This document shows, in pieces, positions 1 to 9,456 of a stretch of DNA of 64,000 nt. Source of the stretch: Pseudomonadota bacterium (GTDB lineage: Bacteria > Myxococcota > JACRCW01 > JAFGSX01); contig JBDRCO010000051.1 in the NCBI GenBank assembly GCA_043821645.1, positions 184,928-248,927 of the forward strand. The letters are read 5' to 3'. The notes below the pieces were generated by a model. The model searched no databases, was not told where the DNA came from, and worked only from the letters and a program-made list of their open reading frames with translations. The stretch's first letter is position 1, and every line of letters starts with the position of its first letter. A program made the translations under genes and the position numbers.

Positions 1-279
1 GACTCCGGCGGCACACCCGCCTGCCTGGGTACCCAGGGTGGCCTGTGCGACCTCATCCAGGGCTACGAGTGCGCAACCGGCTTCGACTGCGTCGACAATG
101 TGTGTAGCGCTCCCGGTACCGATGCGGGCTCCGTGGACAGCGGCACCAGCGCAGACGCCGCGACCGCGGCCGTTGAGGACACCGCAGGCTGTGGCTGCAC
201 GGCGCCTCGAGGGGGTTCCTCGGCGGTCCTGGTGCTGCTTGGTCTGCTCGGGCTGGCCGTCTCGCGCCGCCGGAGCTAG
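1..279 (+). CDS. 3' end of a Cys-rich surface protein with a MYXO-CTERM sorting tail (5'-truncated)
   Basis: Not in the ORF track. Frame 1 reads ...CLGTQGGLCDLIQGYECATGFDCVDNVC...DAG...GCGCTAPRGGSSAVLVLLGLLGLAVSRRRS*, i.e. GCGC, a TM helix and an Arg tail; TAG at 277-279. Confidence 0.85.
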   Translation, partial: DSGGTPACLGTQGGLCDLIQGYECATGFDCVDNVCSAPGTDAGSVDSGTSADAATAAVEDTAGCGCTAPRGGSSAVLVLLGLLGLAVSRRRS

Positions 280-382
280 CCGTCCGACGCGCCCTGGGCT
301 GTTTGCCCCGGCATCGTGGGAGGCCGCCGCCCGTCATCCGCTGGCCGCTGCGGTGTCTGGCAGCTCTTTTCCGACACGGCCC

Positions 383-412
383 TTGACAGTGTTCGGGCGA
401 ATCTCCTAAGAA
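383..412 (+). promoter_or_regulatory. Probable sigma70 promoter of tRNA-Glu
   Basis: Perfect TTGACA (383-388), 18-bp spacer, TAAGAA (407-412), about 17 nt upstream of the tRNA. Confidence 0.6.
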
Positions 413-429
413 GTCGATCGTCCTGCCGG

Positions 430-505
430 GGCCCCATCGTCTAGCGGTCCAGGACGGCGGCCTCTCACGCCGCAGACCGGAGTTCGAGTCTCCGTGGGGT
501 CACCA
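430..505 (+). tRNA. tRNA-Glu (anticodon CTC)
   Basis: Acceptor stem GGCCCCA/TGGGGTC, D-arm GTCTAGCGGTCCAGGAC, anticodon arm GCGGC-CTCTCAC-GCCGC, T-loop GTTCGAGTC, encoded CCA end. Confidence 0.97.
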
Positions 506-510
506 CCGAA

Positions 511-539
511 AGCTGCCGGGCAACCGGCAGCTTTTTTTT
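511..539 (+). terminator. Rho-independent terminator after tRNA-Glu
   Basis: AGCTGCCGG-GCAA-CCGGCAGCT stem with a GNRA loop, followed by a T run. Confidence 0.9.
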
Positions 540-610
540 CGTGTTCACCGGAAGCGCTCCGGGCGGGGGTAGCGGGAGGTCACGAGACGGGGGATCGGAG
601 AGACGAACCC

Positions 611-1369
611 ATGGTGCACCAGACCTCGGTCAGCGACGACGCACGCAACTTCGAACTGGTCCTCACCTGCGAGCATGCCTCGCATGCCCTGCCGCCTGAT
701 CTTGAAGACCTGGGTGTGAGCGCCGACGCTCTGTGCAGTCATGCGTCCTGGGATCCAGGCGCCCTCGAGCTGACCAGAGCCCTCGCCGCGCGATTCGAGG
801 TCCACCCCTTCGTGGGCAGCTACAGCAGGCTGGTGGTCGATCTCAACCGGGGCGCCACCAGTCCCGACGTCATCCCAGCCAACAGTTTCGGGCTGCCTGT
901 TCCCGGCAACCAGCACCTGGGTGACGACGAGCGGCAGCAACGGATCCGCGCCTATCACCAACCCTACCGCCGGGCCGTGGAGCGTGCGGTGCGTGCCATT
1001 GTTGATGGCGGACGGCGCTGCTTGCTGGTGTCCATTCACAGCTTCACTCCCGTGCTGGGCGACAGCGTGCGCCGTCACCCCGCCGGGGTGCTGTTCGACT
1101 CCAGCCTGCCCCTCGAAGGCGCCATCGCGACCGCCATGCTGCAATCCCTGCGCGATCGCGACGTGGACGCGCATCCCAATTACCCCTACACCGGCACCGG
1201 TAGCGGTGTGTACAGCGAGCTGCGGCGCGCCTTCCCAGCAGGCAGCTATGCCGGCATCGAGTTCGAAACCCGCCTGGATGAGCTGAGCGACTCTCGACAG
1301 GTTTTGCGCTGGGTGGACCTGTACACGAGCGCTCTCAGCGCCGGCTTGCAGGTCCTGCGCGAACACTGA
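611..1369 (+). CDS. N-formylglutamate amidohydrolase family protein
   Basis: Motifs LTCEHAS, WDPGA, SRLVVDLNR, YHQPYRR, SIHSFTP, IEFE. Start moved to ATG 611 (GGAG upstream) because the longer ORF overlaps the tRNA. Confidence 0.88.
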   Translation: MVHQTSVSDDARNFELVLTCEHASHALPPDLEDLGVSADALCSHASWDPGALELTRALAARFEVHPFVGSYSRLVVDLNRGATSPDVIPANSFGLPVPGNQHLGDDERQQRIRAYHQPYRRAVERAVRAIVDGGRRCLLVSIHSFTPVLGDSVRRHPAGVLFDSSLPLEGAIATAMLQSLRDRDVDAHPNYPYTGTGSGVYSELRRAFPAGSYAGIEFETRLDELSDSRQVLRWVDLYTSALSAGLQVLREH

Positions 1370-1378
1370 GCCGCGTCG

Positions 1379-3706
1379 TCACAGCAGGGTCAGCGTGCCC
1401 TCCCCGCCGTCGATGCGCACACGTCTGCCCGTGTCCAGGATCCGGGTCGCGTCGGCCAAGGCCACCAGCGCTGGCATCCCGAGGGCACGTGCAGTCACTG
1501 CGCCAAGACAGGATCGGTCCCCGGCCTCGGTGATCAGGGCGGACGCAGAGGTCAGCAAGGGTGCGCAGCCGGCGGTGAACGCGCGGAGCACCACCACCTC
1601 GCCAGCGGTGCATTCCGCGTCCGCCGGCTCGTCGATCACGCGCAGCGTGCCCTCGACCACGCCAGCGCTCGCCGGGAGGCCACGAAGGACCGTGCTGTCC
1701 TGCGCGGCGGCAAGCCCTGGCAATCCGTCCGAGCGCACCAGATCGGGAGGCCTGAGTTGCCGCTGCCATGACAGGCGCCTGGCGGCCCGCGCGATCCGCA
1801 CACGCACAGGAGCAACATCGCGACGACGACCGAGCAGCAGATCGATGAGGGTCTCGTGATCCACCAGCCACACCTCCTCGACGTGCTGCAGCAGATCGCG
1901 CGCCACCAACCGATGCGCCAGCTCCAGGTACAGCCGACGCAGGTTCGCCAGCACGGCAGCCACGCACCACCCTGGCCAGTCCCGGAGACTCGCCGCCTGC
2001 CCCAGCCAGCGCACCACCGCCACCCATTCTCCCGGCGCGGCAGGAGGGGTCCATGACACAGCTCCCTGCCCGGCGCGGCTGGCCAGCGCGCGCAGCAGGG
2101 GCGCGGGATCCTCGTGCCAGCGTGCTGCCGCGAGGTCCTGTTCGTCGGCACAGCGGTGACCGTGCTGACATAGGAGCTTGTGCCACAGCGGGCCAAGCTG
2201 GGCATCGCCCTCGACGGTCGCCTGGAGCTGCGCCAGATCGCGCCCGATCACGTCGGGATGGCGTTGCCGCAGCAGGTCGCCGAGTTCCCGACAGCGGCGG
2301 ATCACATCGACCGAAGGTGCCGGCTCCGCGGCGGACCAGACCAGGTCGAGCGGGACACGTGGGTGGTGCGGCCACAGCCGCTGAACCAGGCGCAGCGCAA
2401 GGGCGGCCACGATCTCGTACGCCAGACCGGGCACCAGAACAGCGCGGCCTTGCTGAACAGTGCGCTCGACACGTTGCCGAAGTTCGTCGTCGCTGAGCAG
2501 CGTGAGCGGCTGTTGTGCCGCCGCATGCTGGGCCTCGGCCAGGGCGCGCAGCGCGTTCACCGAGCGCTCCACGGCCAGACCACGCAGGACGCGCATGGAC
2601 AGCCGCCCCAGTCGCCGGACGCCATGCCACACCGACCACAGCTTGCGCAGGCCTGCCAGGGGCACCGCCTCCACGTGCTCGGCCTCGAGCTGTCGCAGCA
2701 GCCGGGTGCCGGCCGTGCGATCGAGTTCCGGCGCAAGATGGAGCAAGAGCTGACCGGCAGGAATCACGCGCAGCCGGTTGATGTTCCAGTACACGCGCCC
2801 ATCCACCCGGTCCACCGGCAGCATCCGACGCTCGCGGGTGGCGCGCTCGGGGAGGCCGGTGAGGCTGGACAGCACCACCGGAAACAGGTGGCGCCGCCAC
2901 AGATCAAAGGCCAGGGGCGACAGCACCTGCGGCAGATGCTCGCGCAGCATGAAGCTGGACCACAGTTCGAGCCCGGCAGCCTCGGCACCCAGGTGCTCGA
3001 CGTCGTGTGCTGCCGAGGTCGCTCGCTCCACTGCTTCGATGCTGAGCGCACCCTCGCAGACGGCCCAGCGCAAGAGCACGGGGCCTGGCAAGATGTGACC
3101 GGCCAGCCGCAACACCTCGCGGAGCCTGTCGGCGCGGAAAGCGTCGAGTGGAAGACCCGCTCCGCGGCGCCGCAGGATGTCTCCCTCTTCGGACTGGAAC
3201 AGCTCCGCACCCGAGTCCGAGTAGGTGCGAGTCACGCTCACCCGCGCACTGGCGAGAGAGACCTGCTCTGTTCCACCCCGGATCGGGTCGTTGAGCCGGG
3301 CCCTCACCAGGATCGCCGCCGGACCTGGGCTCGACTGCCAGGCCTGGCGCAGGACCTGCATGAGCGTGTCGACGTCCGGCGCGCAGGACCACTCCTGTCG
3401 GAGGCCTGCACCGTCAAGGGGAGAGACCTGCAGGTCGAGCTCCCGCCTGTCCCGCAGCCGGGCCCCAAGCTCGGTCCGCAGCGCTCGCTCCCGGTCGGCG
3501 ACCGCAGCATCGTCACGCGAAAGCACCTCGCGGATCGCAGACCCCAGGACCAGGGCTGGGCGCACCGGCGCTCCCGCTTCGCGCAGTGTCGCCAGCCAGG
3601 CCACCTGCGGTCCGACCTGCGACGGATCGCGTGCCGCCTCGTCGTCCAGGGTTAGCAGCAAGGAGCAGTCCGTGTTCACGCTGGGGGCCTCAAGCGTGCT
3701 CGCCAT
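1379..3706 (-). CDS. PEP-utilising enzyme-like protein (PEP synthase / rifampin phosphotransferase architecture), catalytic motifs degenerate
   Basis: C-terminal swivel domain LRGLPASAGVVEG...ITEAGDRSCLGAVTARALGMPALV...VRIDGGEGTL, and an N-terminal remnant of the PPDK_N motif. Confidence 0.8.
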   Translation of the reverse strand: MASTLEAPSVNTDCSLLLTLDDEAARDPSQVGPQVAWLATLREAGAPVRPALVLGSAIREVLSRDDAAVADRERALRTELGARLRDRRELDLQVSPLDGAGLRQEWSCAPDVDTLMQVLRQAWQSSPGPAAILVRARLNDPIRGGTEQVSLASARVSVTRTYSDSGAELFQSEEGDILRRRGAGLPLDAFRADRLREVLRLAGHILPGPVLLRWAVCEGALSIEAVERATSAAHDVEHLGAEAAGLELWSSFMLREHLPQVLSPLAFDLWRRHLFPVVLSSLTGLPERATRERRMLPVDRVDGRVYWNINRLRVIPAGQLLLHLAPELDRTAGTRLLRQLEAEHVEAVPLAGLRKLWSVWHGVRRLGRLSMRVLRGLAVERSVNALRALAEAQHAAAQQPLTLLSDDELRQRVERTVQQGRAVLVPGLAYEIVAALALRLVQRLWPHHPRVPLDLVWSAAEPAPSVDVIRRCRELGDLLRQRHPDVIGRDLAQLQATVEGDAQLGPLWHKLLCQHGHRCADEQDLAAARWHEDPAPLLRALASRAGQGAVSWTPPAAPGEWVAVVRWLGQAASLRDWPGWCVAAVLANLRRLYLELAHRLVARDLLQHVEEVWLVDHETLIDLLLGRRRDVAPVRVRIARAARRLSWQRQLRPPDLVRSDGLPGLAAAQDSTVLRGLPASAGVVEGTLRVIDEPADAECTAGEVVVLRAFTAGCAPLLTSASALITEAGDRSCLGAVTARALGMPALVALADATRILDTGRRVRIDGGEGTLTLL

Positions 3707-4706
3707 TCACATGTCCCGGCGCCGGCGGCATCCACTCGGCGCAGCGACAGCGCTCGGCGAGGGTGCAGGCGTGTTCCACCTGCAAGGTCACGTGTTGGAT
3801 CTGAAAACGTGATCGCAGCACGTCATCGAGCTGACAGCGCAGGTTCTCGCGCTCGCCCGCGTCCAGTTCCTCGACGGCAACAACGTGGGCACTCAGTGAG
3901 TTGTCCCCCGTGGTCAGTGCCCAGGCATGCAGGTCGGTGATGCGCTGGACGCCGGCCACTCCCAGCATACTCTGCAAGACCTGATCGAGGTCCACTTCGC
4001 GCGGCGTCCCCTCGATCAGCACGTGACTGGCCTCGAGCACGAGTCGGCCACCGCCCCACAGGATGAGCACCGCGATCAGCAAGCTTGCCAGCGGGTCTAT
4101 CCAGTATGCGCCGGTGAAGCGCATCAGCAGGCCTGCAACGACCACCGACACCGACTGCAACGCGTCGGTGAGGGCGTGCACGTATGCTCCGCGCACATTG
4201 AGGCTCTCGTGCTGGGCGCGCGCCAGCACCGCCGATACGATCAACTGGGCCAGGAGCCCGACTGCGGCGATGACGATCATGGGACCGGTCTGTACCTGTG
4301 GCGGCGCATCAAATCTGCGCACTGCCTCCAGGCCCACCAGGACCGCGACCACGCCCAGGGTGATCCCGTTGAACAGGGCGGCAAGGATCTCGACGCGCTT
4401 GTAGCCATAGCTGCGCTGGGCCGAGGCAGGGCGCAGCGCGAGCCACTGCGCCACCAGGGCCAGTACCACCGCCGCGACGTCGGTGAGCAGGTGACCGGCA
4501 TCCGACATCAGCGCGAGGCTGCCGCTCCACAGACCGCCGACAAACTCGACGACGAGGAACAGCGTCAGCACCACCAGCGCGAGCCACAGTGCGCGGCGGC
4601 TTGCGGCTCTGGCGCCGTGCCCGTGCCCGGAATGGTCGGTGGACCTGTGTTCGTGCCCCACGGGCTCTCCTGCCTGACCTCGCCCTGTATTTTGTATTCC
4701 CTCCAT
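3690..4706 (-). CDS. Cation diffusion facilitator (CzcD/ZitB-like Zn/Co/Cd exporter)
   Basis: His-rich N-terminus, SLALMSDAGHLLTD, SYGYKRVEILAALFN, HALTD, DLHAW, HVTLQVE. Start set at ATG 4706. Confidence 0.93.
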   Translation of the reverse strand: MEGIQNTGRGQAGEPVGHEHRSTDHSGHGHGARAASRRALWLALVVLTLFLVVEFVGGLWSGSLALMSDAGHLLTDVAAVVLALVAQWLALRPASAQRSYGYKRVEILAALFNGITLGVVAVLVGLEAVRRFDAPPQVQTGPMIVIAAVGLLAQLIVSAVLARAQHESLNVRGAYVHALTDALQSVSVVVAGLLMRFTGAYWIDPLASLLIAVLILWGGGRLVLEASHVLIEGTPREVDLDQVLQSMLGVAGVQRITDLHAWALTTGDNSLSAHVVAVEELDAGERENLRCQLDDVLRSRFQIQHVTLQVEHACTLAERCRCAEWMPPAPGHVNGEHA

Positions 4707-4932
4707 GCCGCCCACGCACGCCGTTTTTCGATCGCACGCCGGCCCAGCACACGCCGCACTGGCAGAAACCGGTCCCGCGGGCTCCGAGTCAGCCGGGATC
4801 TGGGTCCTGTGCCTGCCCGTCCCGGAAACTGTTTTTCCTGGCAAAGACCACGAGGCGACTATCGCAAGGTCCACGATGGCGCGGCCGGACGCTGCGCGGT
4901 CTGCTTGACCAGGCATCACAGCGAGGTGGTCC

Positions 4933-5730
4933 ATGCACCAGCCCTTAGAGCCCGTCCAGGTACTCCTCGTCGATGATGAGGTGGAGTTCACGGCTGCCAT
5001 GGGCCGAGCCCTGTCCTGGCGCGGCTTCGAGGTGCGAACCGCGTGCTCGGGGAGCACCGCGCTGGACCTGCTGGCGGAACAAGCAGCGGACGTCGTGGTC
5101 CTCGATGTGCGAATGCCAGACCCCGATGGCCATGCGGTCTTCCGCTGCATTCGCCAGCGCGCGCCGTGCACCCCCGTGGTCTTCCTGAGCGGGCATGGGA
5201 CGGCCCAGGAAGCCTTCGACAGCATGCAACAGGGCGCCTTCGACTACCTCTCCAAGCCCTGCACCGTCGAGCAGCTCACGGATGTTCTGAGGCGAGCGTG
5301 CGGCCTCCAGGTCCAGTCAGAAGCCGACAGTCCCACCGCGCCCATCCGCTTGCTCTTGGTTGACGCCGCGAACGAGCACCTGCAGGCCTTGTCCGCGGCC
5401 TTCGAGAACCGCGGGTTCGTGGTCGACATGGCGCACACGCAGCGAGATGCCGTGCGCACCATTCAACACCGGGAGTTCGACGTGGCACTGGTGGACATCG
5501 CGGCTCCGGGAGTGGACGGTGTGGCTCTGCTGGGTGTCCTGCGCCAGCACCATCCCCACGCCGAGATCCTGGTTCTCACGGGCCACCACGCCATCGGTCG
5601 GGCCTATGCCGCTGTGCATGCAGGTGCGTACGACTTCTTGCTCAAACCTCAGGGCATCGAGGTCCTGTCCCACAAGGTCCGACGAGCCTACCGGCGCGTG
5701 CAAGCACGGCGTCAGCAGCTCGGCGCCTGA
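4933..5730 (+). CDS. Response regulator with two tandem receiver domains and no output domain
   Basis: REC1: LLVDDE..LDVRMPD..LSGHG..YLSKP. REC2: LLVDA..VDIAAPG..LTGH..FLLKP. Confidence 0.88.
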   Translation: MHQPLEPVQVLLVDDEVEFTAAMGRALSWRGFEVRTACSGSTALDLLAEQAADVVVLDVRMPDPDGHAVFRCIRQRAPCTPVVFLSGHGTAQEAFDSMQQGAFDYLSKPCTVEQLTDVLRRACGLQVQSEADSPTAPIRLLLVDAANEHLQALSAAFENRGFVVDMAHTQRDAVRTIQHREFDVALVDIAAPGVDGVALLGVLRQHHPHAEILVLTGHHAIGRAYAAVHAGAYDFLLKPQGIEVLSHKVRRAYRRVQARRQQLGA

Positions 5731-5818
5731 GACGCCACCGGCCGTCCGCCGAAGAGGGGGTGGCGATCCGGTCGTGCCGCGTTTGCAGGAGCACGCGCCG
5801 ACCGCTAAGGTCGCCGCG

Positions 5819-7000
5819 ATGAACGCATGGATCCCAGGCCTCGCGGCACTGCTTTCGTCGCAGACCCCGGTGCAACTCGATCTGCAGATCCGTCCCGGAC
5901 TCGAGGTGGTCTATTCCAACGCGATCCTGGCGGAGGTGAGCCTGACCGCCGACGGCGCCCCCGTGGCCGATCAGCGCGTCGACTTCTTCTTGCGCCAGGA
6001 GACCCTTGGCATCGCCTGCTCGCCGGGGAGCCTGCCGGCCACTGGCGTGGACGGGCGCGCCGGCCCGCTCAAGGTCCGCTTCGTCAATGGGGCCTGTGGT
6101 GTCGACGCCTTCGCGGCCTCGGACCCCGACGGTGTGGAGTACCTGCTCGAGGCACGAACAGCTGCGACCGGCACCCTGGCTGCGGCCAGTCAGGCGGTCG
6201 CCGTGCGGCTGCATCGCGAGGTCGTGACCGTGCAGCTGCTGCCCGAGCACAGCGCGACCCTGGGGTCCGACCTGACCCTGGTGGCAACGCTCGTGGATCC
6301 CTCCGGCGACGTCGATGAGGGCAGCCTGGAAACCCAGGGCCGGGTGCCTCGCCCGATCGAAGGAGCCACGCTGCACTTCTACCTCGACCTGAATGACGAC
6401 GGTGACTTCGGGGATGCCGATGAGGCTTTAGGGAGCGCCACCACGAGCGCCAGCGGAACAGCCAGTCTGCGCTTTGACACCACACCCGTGGCTGGTCTTC
6501 CGCGTGCCGGCCGCCACCGCGACGCCGTGCGAGTCGAATTTTCCGCCGACGAGCGCTTCAAGTTCGCCGCGGGGCTAGGCGATCTGTGGCTACAGCCAGC
6601 CTCCGTGGACGCCAAGCAGACGCTGCTCGAGACCACACCTCACACCGCTGTGGCCGACGGGCACAGCGAGATCCTGCTCCTGGCAACCCTGCGCGATCGC
6701 TTCGGCAGCACCCTCGGCCCGGACGATGACCCGCATACGGTGGGCTTCGTGACCAGCGCCGGGGACCTGCAGGACAGTGTCGAGCGCAACGCTGCCACGG
6801 GGCAGTACAGTCAGTTGCTGCGCGCCCCGGGGCAGGCCGGTGCTGCGACAGTCAGAGTTGTGGTCGACGGCGAGGAGGGTTCCCAGGTCGAGGTGATGTT
6901 CACCGACGTGGGCTGCGGTTGCAGCCTGTCCGCGTCACCGCGGCAGGGTTGGGTTCTCGTGTTCCTCTATGGCCTCGTGTGGCGACGGAGATCCCCATGA
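5819..7000 (+). CDS. Ig-like (Big-1/invasin-type) surface protein with a MYXO-CTERM tail
   Basis: Invasin-like segment AVADGHSEILLLATLRDRFG...GQYSQLL, DLNDDGDFGD Ca-loop, C-terminal GCGC...LVFLYGLVWRRR. Confidence 0.75.
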   Translation: MNAWIPGLAALLSSQTPVQLDLQIRPGLEVVYSNAILAEVSLTADGAPVADQRVDFFLRQETLGIACSPGSLPATGVDGRAGPLKVRFVNGACGVDAFAASDPDGVEYLLEARTAATGTLAAASQAVAVRLHREVVTVQLLPEHSATLGSDLTLVATLVDPSGDVDEGSLETQGRVPRPIEGATLHFYLDLNDDGDFGDADEALGSATTSASGTASLRFDTTPVAGLPRAGRHRDAVRVEFSADERFKFAAGLGDLWLQPASVDAKQTLLETTPHTAVADGHSEILLLATLRDRFGSTLGPDDDPHTVGFVTSAGDLQDSVERNAATGQYSQLLRAPGQAGAATVRVVVDGEEGSQVEVMFTDVGCGCSLSASPRQGWVLVFLYGLVWRRRSP

Positions 7001-8739
7001 GCTCGTCGAAGACCCCGGCACCTGCGCTGTCGACCAGCAGCCAGGTTCGCCAGCAGCTGTTGTCCCTTCCGCCCAGCAAGAGGGTGGATCACCTCATCGG
7101 CTTGCCCAACGTTCGCCAGATCCTCAAGCGACTGTGCCCGCAGGACCTCGTCATCGCACTCCACGCGGCAGGCATCGCCGACAGCCTGGAACTCGTCGAG
7201 CTGCTGCCACCGTCACAAGTCCAGTGCATCCTCGACCTCGAGACCTGGCATCGCGATCGCATCGAGCCGCGGGCCCTGGCGAGCTGGCTCAGCGTGCTGT
7301 TCGCAGCCAATCCGGAGCGAGCCATGGCCCAGGTGGTTGGCCTGGACGCGGACCTGGTGACCCTGTACATCAAGCTCTACACGCGGGTCTACGATCTGGG
7401 CCTGGAGCCAGAGCCCGAGCCGATGCCCGAGCAAGTGATCACAACCCCCGACAACCGCTACCTGGTCACCTTCGTGGCCCCCCCCCACCCCGGGGGACGC
7501 GGCCAACCGGACCCCACCGATGAGCTGGGTGCCGCCGTGGCGCGGAAGATCGTCGAGGGTCTGATCGCGCGCGAACCGTTCACTGCCTCGCGCTATCTCG
7601 AAGCCGTGCGCTGGGAACTCCCCAGCGAACTGGAGGAGAGCAGCTTGCGGTGGCGCTCGGGACGGTTGGCGGATCTCGGCTACGCCGATCTCTACGAAGC
7701 CCAGATCATCTATGCCCCCATCGACCTCAACCGGCCACCCCGGGTGCGAGCCGTCGACGTGATCCCGGACCCCGACGAGCCCGATACTGCCCTCGCCCTG
7801 TTTGTCGAGGAGAATGCTGGAGCGCCCCTGCTCCGCGCGGCCAGTGACCGGCTCAGCGGCGCTGAGCACGATCGCGTCCGGCGCCAGCTCACAGCCCTGT
7901 GTAACAAGGTGGCCGCGGCCCAGGCCCTGAGCCCAGGGGATATCGAGGCGCTGACCGGCGCCGTGCACGAGGCAGTCTCCACCGTCAACCTGGGGCTCGA
8001 ATACCTGAGCAAGGGTGAACTCGGCGCCGCCGCCGAATGCCTCGTCGACATGGCACTTGCGGACGTGTTCCGGGTCGGCAACAGCGTGGTGTCTCAGCTC
8101 GCACGCAAGGCACGCGCCGTGCTGCGAAGTCTTCGCATCGACGAGCAGCGGAGCCTGCTGTCACCGGCCGCCGAGGACGTTTTCACGGCCTTGACCCAGC
8201 GCTTCCCACGCCTGCACGCCGGCCTGGTCCATCCCGGACAGGTGGGCCGACAACCCTTCGAATCCCTGGCGCAGCTCGCCCGTGCGGCAGAGTTCGTGGC
8301 CGACGTCGGCTTTGTCAGCGCCCTGCTGCTGGACGTGCTTGGGTTCTCGCCTCACCAGCGAGCGTCGCTGCTTCAGGGCGCCTGCAACGTTGGCGAGCCG
8401 GACGAGGTGCACCTCGATCTCATCCTGGCGACTGCCGTGGCACGGGTCCTGGTCGGGGGCACCCTGGACCCCGCACCGCTGGTGGCCGACGAACTTAGGC
8501 ACCTGCGCACGGCTCTGCTCGAAAACAGGCAGGCAGCCGTCAAGAGTGCTGTCGAAGCACTGCTTCGACAGGCCATGCCGCACCTGCCCCTGCCCGGAGC
8601 ACCCTCGATGGAGAGCGTGCAACAGCGCACGCAACGGTGGTGCGAGGTCCTGGTCGAACGTCTGCACGACGAACTCGGGCCCATCCAGGACAGCATTGAC
8701 CCCAGATTCGTCACCGCGGTGCTCTGCCGGGTCGATTGA
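6997..8739 (+). CDS. DUF6178-like conserved deltaproteobacterial protein
   Basis: LDLETW..D, ELEE..LRWRSGRLADLGY, NLGLEYL, DVFRVG motifs. ATGA overlap with the upstream stop. Confidence 0.7.
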   Translation: MSSSKTPAPALSTSSQVRQQLLSLPPSKRVDHLIGLPNVRQILKRLCPQDLVIALHAAGIADSLELVELLPPSQVQCILDLETWHRDRIEPRALASWLSVLFAANPERAMAQVVGLDADLVTLYIKLYTRVYDLGLEPEPEPMPEQVITTPDNRYLVTFVAPPHPGGRGQPDPTDELGAAVARKIVEGLIAREPFTASRYLEAVRWELPSELEESSLRWRSGRLADLGYADLYEAQIIYAPIDLNRPPRVRAVDVIPDPDEPDTALALFVEENAGAPLLRAASDRLSGAEHDRVRRQLTALCNKVAAAQALSPGDIEALTGAVHEAVSTVNLGLEYLSKGELGAAAECLVDMALADVFRVGNSVVSQLARKARAVLRSLRIDEQRSLLSPAAEDVFTALTQRFPRLHAGLVHPGQVGRQPFESLAQLARAAEFVADVGFVSALLLDVLGFSPHQRASLLQGACNVGEPDEVHLDLILATAVARVLVGGTLDPAPLVADELRHLRTALLENRQAAVKSAVEALLRQAMPHLPLPGAPSMESVQQRTQRWCEVLVERLHDELGPIQDSIDPRFVTAVLCRVD

Positions 8740-8769
8740 GCCCGGCTGCGCGGGGCTGCGGGAGCAGGT

Positions 8770-9456
8770 TCAGGTGCCCGGAGCTGCCTGCTCGGGCTTC
8801 ATGACCCAGCGCTGGATCATGATGTAGACCCCGACCAGTGCCGCGAGGCCCAGGACGATCCACAGGAAGTGCTGGTGCAGGAGGTCCTTGCCCTCGTAGA
8901 CAAGAGTTCTGTAGTCCTTGCCCACCGAAGCCTGGCCCACGGCATAGCCGGTGGCGGCCAGGATCGCGACCCAGATCCCCGCGCCCAGCGACGTGAACAG
9001 ACTGAAGCGCGCCAAAGACATGCGCGAGAGCCCGGCGGGGATCGAGATGAGCTGGCGAATGGCGGGCAGCAAGCGACACACGAAGGTGGTGATCTCGCCA
9101 TGCTTCCTGAACAAGGCCTCGGCGCGATCCAGAGCTTCTGGCTTGACGAAGAAATAGCGGCCGTAGCGATGCAGGAAGGGACGCCCCAACCACCTGGCCA
9201 GGAAGTAGTTGAGCAGGGCGCCGGCGATGGAACCCGCCAGCCCCGCGGCGACGGCGATGGTCAGGCCCAGACCCGTGGCGTCGCCGCCGACGAACTCATG
9301 GCGCGCGATCATCACCCCCGCCGGGATCATGATGATCTCGCTCGGGAAGGGGACAAACGAGCTCTCGATGGTCATGAAGATAAAGATGAGCAGTGGCCCC
9401 CACACGCGAGCCACCTCGACACCGGCCTCGATGTACTGAGCTAGAGCATCCAGCAC
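8770..9456 (-). CDS. dedA: DedA family membrane protein
   Basis: IESSFVPFPSE, GALLNYFLARWLGR, RLLPAIRQLISIPAG. Confidence 0.93.
   Translation of the reverse strand: MLDALAQYIEAGVEVARVWGPLLIFIFMTIESSFVPFPSEIIMIPAGVMIARHEFVGGDATGLGLTIAVAAGLAGSIAGALLNYFLARWLGRPFLHRYGRYFFVKPEALDRAEALFRKHGEITTFVCRLLPAIRQLISIPAGLSRMSLARFSLFTSLGAGIWVAILAATGYAVGQASVGKDYRTLVYEGKDLLHQHFLWIVLGLAALVGVYIMIQRWVMKPEQAAPGT

Noticed and set aside
494-610. N-terminal extension of the amidohydrolase ORF
   Set aside because: It overlaps the tRNA and its terminator; ATG 611 has an RBS.
430-1400. Genomic island integrated at tRNA-Glu
   Set aside because: No integrase, no duplicate of the tRNA 3' end seen in the window, and the downstream genes look host-like.
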